Source of the DNA: a virus
Length of the DNA: 64,000 nt
Virus record (IMG/VR): IMGVR_UViG_3300023174_000087
Location: 1-64,000 of that record
Strand: one strand, 5' to 3'
Part shown: positions 26,972-36,400 of the stretch, in pieces
Numbering within the stretch: position 1 is the stretch's first letter
How the letters are laid out: each line of letters opens with the position of its first letter
The notes under the pieces: generated by a model
Told to the model about the DNA's origin: nothing
The model's input: the letters and a program-made list of their open reading frames with translations, nothing else
Database searches by the model: none
Position numbers and translations under genes: made by a program

Positions 26972-28963
26972 ATGACAACAAGAATGCAACAGCGTAGAGG
27001 AACCTCTGCACAATGGACTTCAGCAGATCCAATTTTAGCAAATGGTGAAATTGGAGTAGAAACAGACACTAACCAGTTTAAACTTGGAGATGGTGTTAAC
27101 GTATGGTCAGATCTCTCCTACTTTAAAAATCTTGATGACCTTGCTGGTTCTCTTGATGACTACGTATTATTAAGCACAAAGGGGCAAGCAAATGGAGTTG
27201 CAACTCTAGACTCTAATGCTCAAATTCCGCTTTCACAATTAGCAAATCTTATATCTTCAGCACCATTAGCACTAGACACATTAAACGAACTTGCAGCAGC
27301 ACTGGGAAATGATGCAAATTTTGCTACAACAATTTTAGCATCAGTTGCAACAAAACTTCCTACTAGTACATTTACAACACATGCAGCGACCACAACAAAT
27401 GTTCATGGAATTGCAGATACTTCAGTTCTAGCAACTGCTACAACGGTAGCAACCGCTAAAGCAGAAGCAATTTCAGCAGCAGCAACTTATACATCAACTG
27501 CAAAATCAGAAGCAATTTCTGCAGCAGCAACCGATGCAACAAGCAAAGCATCAAGTGCAGCAGCAGAAGCAGCAACTGATGCAACAACTAAAGCAGCAAC
27601 TGCAAAGTCAGAAGCAATAGCAGCAGCCGCTTCTGCAGCAGATACAAAAGTTTCAACACATAACACAGCAACAACAAACGTACATGGCATTACAGACACA
27701 GCAGCACTAGCGACTAAAACATATGCTGACTCAGCAGTATCAACTGCAGTTTCAGGACTTACAAAGTCTTCTGTAGGACTTTCAAACGTAGATAATACCT
27801 CTGACGCCAACAAGCCAGTTTCTACTGCAACTACAACAGCACTTGCACTTAAGGCTAATCTTGCCAGTCCAACTTTCACAGGAACAGTTTCTGGAATTAC
27901 AGCATCAATGGTAGGCCTTGGAAATGTCAATAACACAGCAGACACTGCAAAGCCTGTTTCAACAGCACAGCAAACAGCACTTGATGCTAAGTTGGCACTT
28001 TCTGGCGGAACAATGACAGGAGCACTTACACTATCAGCAGATCCTACATCAGCACTTCATGCGGTTACTAAACAGTATGCAGACGGACTTGCTGCTGGAA
28101 TTAACTTTCACCAAGCAGTAGTTGCAGCATCAGCAGGCAACCTTGCTGGTGTTTACAATAATGGAACAAATGGTCTTGGTGCAACAATTACAGCATCAGC
28201 AAATGGTGCTATTGGAACAATTGATGGTGCAACAGTTTCTGTTGGTTCTAGAATTCTTCTTCGTGCACAAACAGATGCAACTCAAAACGGTATTTACACA
28301 GTAACTGACCTTGGAAGCGGATCTACAAAGTGGGTTGTAACTCGTGCAACAGATGCAGATAATAATCCAGCAGGTGAACTTGCAACTGGTGACTTCTGTT
28401 TCGTAACAGCAGGCTCAACAAATGCTGCTAAGGGTTATATCCTAAGCACAACAGGAACAATTACAATTGGAACTACAAATGTTAACTACACACAGTTTAA
28501 TGCTTCTGAAGCCGTAACTGCTGGTACAAATATTACAAAGTCTGGTTCAACAATTTCTGTTGCAGATGCACCAACATTTGCTGGGCTTGTAACAGCCTCA
28601 GCAGCAGGTGTTGCATTCTCAGACGGTACACAAACAAAGGAAGGCGTAGTCTCACGTACACCAATTATTCAAAAGACAGCAGCCTACACACTATCAGCAC
28701 TTACAGAAAGAGACTCATTGATTGAAGTATCTTCTGCATCAGCAGTTACCTTAACAATCCCAACAAATGCAACACTAGCCTTGCCAGTAGGAACATCTAT
28801 AGATATTCTTCAGACTTCTACTGGACAAGTAACAATTGCAGGAGCAGCAGGAGTTACAGTTAACGCTACACCAGGTCTAAAACTACGCACACAGTGGTCT
28901 GGAGCAACTCTTTTTAAGAGAGCAACAGATACTTGGGTAGTTTACGGCGACCTATCAGCATAA
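26972..28963 (+). CDS. tail fibre protein with Mtd-N-like N-terminus and 'GDLxA' C-terminal domain
   Basis: same N-terminal motif as 25840; Ala/Thr-rich shaft; QNGIY.VT...RATDAD. Confidence 0.8.
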   Translation: MTTRMQQRRGTSAQWTSADPILANGEIGVETDTNQFKLGDGVNVWSDLSYFKNLDDLAGSLDDYVLLSTKGQANGVATLDSNAQIPLSQLANLISSAPLALDTLNELAAALGNDANFATTILASVATKLPTSTFTTHAATTTNVHGIADTSVLATATTVATAKAEAISAAATYTSTAKSEAISAAATDATSKASSAAAEAATDATTKAATAKSEAIAAAASAADTKVSTHNTATTNVHGITDTAALATKTYADSAVSTAVSGLTKSSVGLSNVDNTSDANKPVSTATTTALALKANLASPTFTGTVSGITASMVGLGNVNNTADTAKPVSTAQQTALDAKLALSGGTMTGALTLSADPTSALHAVTKQYADGLAAGINFHQAVVAASAGNLAGVYNNGTNGLGATITASANGAIGTIDGATVSVGSRILLRAQTDATQNGIYTVTDLGSGSTKWVVTRATDADNNPAGELATGDFCFVTAGSTNAAKGYILSTTGTITIGTTNVNYTQFNASEAVTAGTNITKSGSTISVADAPTFAGLVTASAAGVAFSDGTQTKEGVVSRTPIIQKTAAYTLSALTERDSLIEVSSASAVTLTIPTNATLALPVGTSIDILQTSTGQVTIAGAAGVTVNATPGLKLRTQWSGATLFKRATDTWVVYGDLSA

Positions 28964-28993
28964 AAATTTAAATAGAAAAAAGGAGATATACCA

Positions 28994-30523
28994 ATGGCAG
29001 TTAATAAGAATATAGGTGGTCGTTCACAGGGAGCAAATGACTTTCTTACACCATATGCACCAACAATTGGAACAGCAACAGATGTAGGAACAGGTCGGGC
29101 ATACAATAATGGTGCTGCTACAGTAACTTTTACTGCTTCTGGTCCTAATGCAGCAACATCTTATACTGTTACATCTTCTCCAGGAGGATTTACTGCGACA
29201 GGTGCTTCATCTCCTTTGACAGTAACTGGTCTTCAATCTAATACAGCATATACATTTACTGTAACAGGAACAAATTCAGCAGGAACTGGAAGTGCATCAA
29301 GTGCATCTAACTCAATAACTGCAACAACTGTTCCTCAAGCACCAACAATTGGAACAGCAACAGATGTAGGAACAGGTCGTGCTTACAACAATGGCGCAGC
29401 AACAGTAGCATTTACTGCAAACGCAACTGGTGGAAAAACAATTTCTAATTTTACAATTACATCTACACCAGGTAATATAAATGCAACAGGATCAAGCAGC
29501 CCAATAACTGTTGAAAGCCAGTTATCAGCAGCAGCATATACTTATGCAGTTAAGGCAACAAATGCTAATGGAGACTCTTTATATTCTTCTGCATCAAACT
29601 CAATAACAACTACAACTGTTCCTAATACTCCTGACGCACCAGTTGCTTCATCACCTTCTGCAGGAACAGACTCTGTTTCATGGTCAGCCCCAGCAAATGG
29701 TGGAAAAGCAATTGATCTTTATTATTGGGCATCAAATGATGGAAAATCAGGAAATACATCATCTACATCAGTTTCAGTTTCACAAGAGCAAGGAACAGCA
29801 CAGACGTATACAGTTTATGCACATAATGCTAATGGAAACTCTGGAACATCAGCAGCATCAAACAACATTACAACAACATTTTCATTTACACCATTTGGTG
29901 CTTTTGGAGCATTCGGAGCATTCGGAGCATTCGGAGCATTTGGTGCTTTTGGAGCATTCGGAGCATTCGGAGCATTCGGAGCATTTGGAGCATTCGGAGC
30001 ATTCGGAGCAGTTTATGGTGGACCAGGATTCTTCTTCCACTGGTCACTTAACATTAATACAGAAGTGTTAATGTCTACTGTTGCAGGAGAACCACAGTCA
30101 TCAAAGCCTGCTGGAGAACTTGCAGTTGGAGACAAACTGGTTGCACTTGATTTGGGTTCAGGAGTTTCAGACTGGACAACTTGGCAGTCATCAACTATTG
30201 ACCTATCACAGGCACCAATTGTTGAAACAACAATTACAAGTATTGACATTGTTCCAGAAGATGAATTTGTTTACATCGATGGAGACTTGTTCTCTAAGTC
30301 ACACTGGATTCTTACTAAAAAAGACGGGATCGTTAAGTTTATAAAGTCTATGGATATAGATACTACATACCAGAGATACTCTCATGCAGACTCTGCTTTT
30401 GTAGACATTGTTTTAGTTGAAGTTGTAGATCTTCAAATGAATAAGGTTTCCATAAACTGTGAACCTTATGACAACTTCTTTACAAAGCAAATGTTAGTAT
30501 TTGACAGACCAGATACAAACTAA
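28994..30523 (+). CDS. FN3-repeat protein with (FGA)13 tract and C-terminal Hint-like domain
   Basis: three FN3-like units (APTIGTAT...YTFTVTGTN.AG); SLNINTEV, L.VGD, SKSH, INCEPYDNFF..MLVFD. Confidence 0.75.
   Translation: MAVNKNIGGRSQGANDFLTPYAPTIGTATDVGTGRAYNNGAATVTFTASGPNAATSYTVTSSPGGFTATGASSPLTVTGLQSNTAYTFTVTGTNSAGTGSASSASNSITATTVPQAPTIGTATDVGTGRAYNNGAATVAFTANATGGKTISNFTITSTPGNINATGSSSPITVESQLSAAAYTYAVKATNANGDSLYSSASNSITTTTVPNTPDAPVASSPSAGTDSVSWSAPANGGKAIDLYYWASNDGKSGNTSSTSVSVSQEQGTAQTYTVYAHNANGNSGTSAASNNITTTFSFTPFGAFGAFGAFGAFGAFGAFGAFGAFGAFGAFGAFGAFGAVYGGPGFFFHWSLNINTEVLMSTVAGEPQSSKPAGELAVGDKLVALDLGSGVSDWTTWQSSTIDLSQAPIVETTITSIDIVPEDEFVYIDGDLFSKSHWILTKKDGIVKFIKSMDIDTTYQRYSHADSAFVDIVLVEVVDLQMNKVSINCEPYDNFFTKQMLVFDRPDTN
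29894..30010 (+). repeat. 9-bp tandem repeat x13 encoding (FGA)13
   Basis: TTYGGWGCW x13 with a duplicated 45-bp higher-order unit. Confidence 0.95.
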
Positions 30524-30545
30524 CCGTTTGTGATATACTGGTCTT

Positions 30546-31295
30546 ATGAGCAAAAAAAACAAAGCATCTAAAGTAAAATTTGTTAATACTTTGCCAAAAA
30601 TGGTAGATGTATTTCCTAAACCAGAGCCAGCATCTAAAAATATACCATCTTGGTTTAAAAAGGTTGATAGTTTTCACAATAATGATTCAACCCCAGTAAA
30701 CGGTAATCAAAACATTACTGTTAAAAGATGTGTAGCATTTTTAGATATGTTGTCAAGTGGATACATATTTAAAGCACCTTTTGATATATATGTTGATACA
30801 ACAGAGGGCAAAAAAGTTTTTGAAGTTCCAGCAGCCATGCAAGCCTTAGTTGCTCTCGGCACCAGACAACTTGTAGGAAGTCATGATTTAAATCAAGTTC
30901 CAGGTTATCCGTTCGACACAGATCAATACATAGAATATCTTTTTAGAGTTAATATGATTTGGATAATTCAAACAGAACCTGGATATAGCACTTTATATAT
31001 TCAGCCACAACACCACGAAGTTACTCCATTTTATGCAATTTCTGCAGTAATTGATTCAGATTCTTATCCATCAAATGGTTTGATGTCTTTTTTAGTTAAA
31101 AAAGATTTTAAGGGAATAATTCCAAAAGGTACACCTTTGTTACAAGTAATACCATTTAAAAGAGAAGATTATGAATCAGAGTATGTTGAAACTCAGCAAG
31201 CAGCAGATGTTATTCAAAAGGTAGGATATTTGATTAGAAGTGTTTTTAATTCTGGTTATAAAAAATTTATGTGGTCTAAAAAGTCATACAGGTAA
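30546..31295 (+). CDS. dUTPase-like-fold protein of unknown function
   Basis: KRC..FLD....GY, AVIDSDSY and IPKGTPLLQVIP resemble dUTPase motifs III/IV, but other motifs are absent. Confidence 0.5.
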   Translation: MSKKNKASKVKFVNTLPKMVDVFPKPEPASKNIPSWFKKVDSFHNNDSTPVNGNQNITVKRCVAFLDMLSSGYIFKAPFDIYVDTTEGKKVFEVPAAMQALVALGTRQLVGSHDLNQVPGYPFDTDQYIEYLFRVNMIWIIQTEPGYSTLYIQPQHHEVTPFYAISAVIDSDSYPSNGLMSFLVKKDFKGIIPKGTPLLQVIPFKREDYESEYVETQQAADVIQKVGYLIRSVFNSGYKKFMWSKKSYR

Positions 31296-31399
31296 TTTTT
31301 TTTATAAACTCTCTACTATAACTTTAAGTAGAGTTTTGTTTTTTATAAAACTCTGCTATACTTAGGTCTTAATCCGTTTTTGAAAGGACGATACACATT

Positions 31400-33433
31400 A
31401 TGTCAGATTTTTTTAGTTTTAAACTTCCAGAGGACTTTGTAGAAAAGTACAAGAACCAAGAAAGCCCATTTGGGTTTAAGGATGCAGCAGAAAATTCACT
31501 TGGAGAGATTACTTTTATTCGTACGTATTCTCGCATGAAAGAAGATGGAACTAAGGAAAGATGGCATGAAGTTTGTCGTCGTGTAATCGAGGGTATGTAT
31601 TCAGTTCAAAAGAATCATGCTAAAGAAAACCGTTTGCCATGGAATGACTACAAGGCTCAGAAGTCTGCACAAGAAGCATTCCAAAGAATGTTTGAATTGA
31701 AGTGGACACCACCAGGACGAGGCATGTGGGCATTTGGAACTCCTATGACTATGGAGAAGAAGAACTCAGCAGCACTACAAAACTGTGCAATGGTATCTAC
31801 AAAGGACCTTGACAAGAATGATCCAGGAGCGTTGTTTGCTTGGGTTATGGATGCCCTTATGCTTGGCATTGGTGTAGGGTTTGATACAGTGGGACAGGAT
31901 AAGCATTTCTCAATCTATGCCCCAACAGAACCTGAACAGGTGTTCGAAATCCCAGACACTCGTGAAGGATGGGTAGAGTCAGTCAGACTTCTAATAAACT
32001 CATACCTAAGAGCAAACCAAAGTATTCAAAAGTTTAACTATAACTTGATCAGACCACTTGGATCCCCAATTAAGGGCTTTGGAGGCGTTGCATCAGGACC
32101 TGCACCCCTTATCAAGTTGCACAACCAGATAGACCGTGTAATAGGCTCCAGAGGGGGAGAAACACTAGATTCTCGTGCCATCGTAGACCTTGTAAACCTC
32201 ATTGGTACTTGCGTTGTATCAGGTAATGTTCGTAGATCAGCAACACTTGCTTTGGGAAATGCAGGTGATGAAACATTTATGAATCTAAAGAATGCAGAAC
32301 TATTCCCAGAGCGTAACTCGTTTGATCCAGAGAATCCAGGTTGGGCCTGGATGTCTAACAATTCTATTTCAGCAGAAGTAGGAACAAAGTACGAAGACTA
32401 TGTAGATTTAATTACAGAAAACGGAGAACCAGGTTTTATCTGGCTTGATGTTGCTCGTAATTATGGACGACTAAAGGATGCGCCAGACGGTAAAGATTAT
32501 CGTGTGATGGGATTTAACCCATGTGCGGAGCAGCCATTGGAGTCATACGAATTATGTACACTTGTAGAAGTGCACTTGAATCGTCATGAATCTAAGGAGG
32601 ACTTCCTGCGTACTCTGAAGTTTGCATACCTTTATGGAAAGACTGTAACACTTGTTCCAACACACTGGCCACAAACAAACGGCATCATGCAACGTAATCG
32701 TCGTATTGGTACATCTCTTACTGGTATTGCATCATTTGCAGATCAAAAGGGTTTACCAGTTGTTCGTGAGTGGATGGACGAAGGCTATAATAAAATTCGT
32801 CATTATGACCATCAGTATTCAGAATGGCTGTGTGTTCGTGAATCAATCCGTGTAACTACAGTAAAACCATCTGGCTCGGTTTCAATTCTTTCTGGTGCAA
32901 CTCCTGGAGTTCACTGGGGTCCTGGAGGAAACTTCTTCCTTCGTGCAGTTCGATTTGGAACTACAGATCCAATGATTCATTTGTTCAAAGCAGCAGGGTA
33001 TACAATCGAAGATGACGTAGTATCAGCAAATACATCGGTAGTTTATTTCCCAATTAAATCAGGTCATCCAAGATCTGAGAAAGATGTAACATTATTTGAA
33101 AAGATTGCTCTTGCTGCAACTGCTCAAAAATATTGGTCTGATAATGGAGTTTCTGTTACACTTTCATTTGACAAAGAAACAGAATCTAAGCACATCGTTC
33201 CAGCATTAAATATGTATGAGGGACAGTTGAAAGCAGTATCATTTCTTCCAATGGGAAACACTGTTTATCCACAGCAGCCATACACACAAATTACTGAAGA
33301 ACAGTATGAGTCGTATATTGGTAAATTAAAGCATATTGATTTTTCTGCAATTTACGACGGTGTAGATAATCTTGAGGCTCAAGGTGAAGCATACTGTACA
33401 ACAGATTATTGTGAAATTAAAATAAACAAGTAG
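31400..33433 (+). CDS. nrdJ: class II (adenosylcobalamin-dependent) ribonucleotide reductase, monomeric RTPR type
   Basis: PPGRG, LQNC, GNVRRSA, NPCAEQ, TTVKPSG, C-terminal CTTDYC. Confidence 0.92.
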   Translation: MSDFFSFKLPEDFVEKYKNQESPFGFKDAAENSLGEITFIRTYSRMKEDGTKERWHEVCRRVIEGMYSVQKNHAKENRLPWNDYKAQKSAQEAFQRMFELKWTPPGRGMWAFGTPMTMEKKNSAALQNCAMVSTKDLDKNDPGALFAWVMDALMLGIGVGFDTVGQDKHFSIYAPTEPEQVFEIPDTREGWVESVRLLINSYLRANQSIQKFNYNLIRPLGSPIKGFGGVASGPAPLIKLHNQIDRVIGSRGGETLDSRAIVDLVNLIGTCVVSGNVRRSATLALGNAGDETFMNLKNAELFPERNSFDPENPGWAWMSNNSISAEVGTKYEDYVDLITENGEPGFIWLDVARNYGRLKDAPDGKDYRVMGFNPCAEQPLESYELCTLVEVHLNRHESKEDFLRTLKFAYLYGKTVTLVPTHWPQTNGIMQRNRRIGTSLTGIASFADQKGLPVVREWMDEGYNKIRHYDHQYSEWLCVRESIRVTTVKPSGSVSILSGATPGVHWGPGGNFFLRAVRFGTTDPMIHLFKAAGYTIEDDVVSANTSVVYFPIKSGHPRSEKDVTLFEKIALAATAQKYWSDNGVSVTLSFDKETESKHIVPALNMYEGQLKAVSFLPMGNTVYPQQPYTQITEEQYESYIGKLKHIDFSAIYDGVDNLEAQGEAYCTTDYCEIKINK

Positions 33434-33458
33434 TCTTCTGTGGTAAAATAGACCTATA

Positions 33459-36400
33459 ATGTCTAATTCATCAAACCTTTATGCTGACAAAGTTTTTTCA
33501 GAACACCCAATGGTTCTTTGGGCTTTAGACGACAATATTGATTATATTTCTTTAATATCAGAAAATAAACGAAGCATTTCTTCTTGGTCTAAAACTGCAG
33601 GAACAGTATCAGAGGTTGATTCTGGATTAAGCCCGTTTCCAAATAGCACAACTTCAAAGGTTACCCTAGCAAATCCAGAAGATGAGTTTAGCATAGCAAC
33701 ATTTAAAAGTGATGACATTATTAATTTTACATTAATGAATCAAGAATTAAAAACATTTTCTATTGGTGCCTATATAAATATTAATACTTCCGCTTTTGCT
33801 GGTTTTGAGTTAGGTTATGAATATATTGATTCAACAACAGCACAAACAATACAAAACTTAAAATATTTTGCAACATCTGTTACAGATTCTTGGATGTTTA
33901 TATCTGAAACATTTGATTTACCAGATGATAATACAACAATGAAGTTAGTAATTAAAGCAGTGTACTATTCTATTCCAGAGTTGACTGATCCATACATATT
34001 CTTAGTAAATGGAATAAGTCTTGGGCAATGGTCAGAAGAGTTTAACTCAACATCACTTGGTGTTACCGTTGGTGCCCCAATTTCTGGTGTTTTGAGAAAT
34101 GCAACATTTAAAGGCGTTCAGTCTTTATCTTATGGTTTAAACCAGGATCCTGCGTATTATGTTGTATCTAATAATTCACTATATGCAAAAAATACTGGAA
34201 TTCCGATGGTGTATGGAGCAACAGGACTTACCAGACTTTCTCCAAATACAAACATGCCATCATTGTTAATACCAGGTAATGGGTTTTTACATGAATATGG
34301 AAAGTTTAAAGAGTATACATTTGAAATGTGGCTTAGACTAACAAATGATTCATCAGAGCCTAAAAAAATATTTGGTCCAGTTGAAACAAGTGATGGACTT
34401 TGGGTAGATGGCCCATTTTTAATTTTAAAAATTAATGATTACATTGCAAGTCACTATGTTGGCGAATGGGGAAAGCCAATGCTAGTTGATATAAGGTACA
34501 GTTATAATGGAGCAAATCTTGTTATAAATGGTGAGCAAGTTGCAGAAATTTTGTTTAATGCAAAAGACTTGTCATTTTTATTAGGTCAAGAATATACAAT
34601 TGATTGGCTTGCTTTTTGGTCTTATGATGATGTATATCCAGTAGAAGTAGATGCTGTTGCAATATACTCTTATCAGGTTCCCAACATTGTTGCAAAAAGA
34701 AGATATGTTTACGGACAGGGTGTTGATTTTCCAGAAAACATTAATACAGCCTATAGTGGGTCTTCCGTTTTTATTGACTATCAATATGCAAATTATGCAA
34801 GTAATTACATATATCCAGATCTGGGCAGATGGAATCAAGGAGTTCTTGATAATATATCTATTGATAATAATGAACTATCAGCACCAAGTTATTCTTTGCC
34901 AGAGTTGGTAATTGAATCAGGTCGTACTTCTGATTTGACTGATTTAGTTTTTTCATCAAACTTACAATTAGAAAGCAACAATTTCTTTACATTTAAACCA
35001 AATAATGCTTGGAATAAAAATGGGCACCTAGTTTTTAATAATTTTAATTTTTTACAAGAAGAAATTAAAGCATTTTATTCAGTTATTAAATTTACTAATT
35101 TACCACAACAGGATGAAGTCATTATACAAATTAATTCTGCAACAAACTCTAATTATTTTTCAGTTATTGCAAATGGATCAAAAATAAAATATAATCTATT
35201 TTATAATGGAAGCCTAACAACAATACATGAAAACTCTGGAGTGCAGGTTGGAGAGGTTTTTCCTGTGGGCATTAATATCGATGATTTTACAAAACATTTT
35301 GGAGAAAACCTATATTCATTTTTTGGAAATAGGTCAGATCTAAAATTTTATGTTGGTGGAAATAAAGATTTTTCTAAAAGTTTTCACGGAAAGATTTATT
35401 CTGTAGGTTTTTGCAATTCATCAAATCTTTCTGAGGTATCTGAACTTTTTAATGCAAAAGGTTGTGTAATTGAACATGAAGATATTTTTGATCTATACAC
35501 TTCACAAATTGATGCAGACAGTGGAGAGTACACTGGAAGTAGTGAAGGCTTTTGGCAGTTTTTTATGGATGGAGGAGACCCATATTCTTATTCTAGTTAT
35601 AGATTAAAAAATCACACAGCAAGTTATACTTTAATTGTTAAAGAATATTTTGATAAATTTTATTTTGATATTGCAATAAGTGGATCATGGAAAGACTATT
35701 TACCACTTACTTATTTGGCAAAATATGTAACAGATACAACTGGAAGCAAATACTATGACTTAGATTTTATTCAGTTTAATGTTGATTACCCAGCACCATC
35801 TACTTTTTTAGAAAAAGAATCTACACCAATCGTATGGAATTATGGAAACCCAAGATCAATTACAACAGATGGTGTAACAACAGTTATCCCTTCATTAATG
35901 GAAGAATACTCTACTCCAATTCAAAAGAAATACTCCGCTTTAGACAATCATCTTTATACTGGATATAATGACTATACAGATCTACAAAATAAATCATTTA
36001 AAGACTATATTTATGATACTTCTAGTTCTTATGTAAGGTCGTATGTAAATTTTGAATATGTTTCTTCTGGGATCAACACTAATGATAATTATTTTATTAC
36101 AACAGAACTTCCGCCAAAAGATGGAGTAGTTTCACCAGGCTCCAATTGGTTGTCTACAAAATATGAAGTTGTTGATAATATGATTATCTATCCACCATCA
36201 GAAGATATCAACTCTTTGGCCATGGTAACAAAACTAGTTTTTAAAATTGATGGAATTTTTACCCATGGAGTAAGATTAAAAACTTTGGAGTATGCTTCTC
36301 AATCATTTAATGATTCTTCTCCAAACCCAGTTGGTACAAAGTTTGGAATTCCAATTTATCCATATAGGAAGAGCGGATACTATTATGATTATAAAGAAAA

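Noticed and set aside
25840-28963. Diversity-generating retroelement suggested by Mtd-N-like domains
   Set aside because: No reverse transcriptase and no TR/VR pair differing at adenines seen in the window; the domain is a common fibre N-terminus
29894-30010. Short tandem repeats (also 19520-19603) as a CRISPR array
   Set aside because: No spacers; in-frame coding repeats; no cas genes
24007-30344. Gln/Leu/His-rich alternative-frame ORFs and antisense ORFs over fibre, capsid and tape measure genes
   Set aside because: Shadows of GCA/ACA/TCA codon bias in the real frames; no RBS or promoter support
30546-31295. Bona fide dUTPase next to nrdJ
   Set aside because: Only motif III/IV-like segments are visible; motifs I, II (RSG) and V are absent
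31400-33433. Intein or intron in nrdJ, or stop-codon reassignment in the window
   Set aside because: nrdJ is continuous and of normal length; long genes are intact under the standard code
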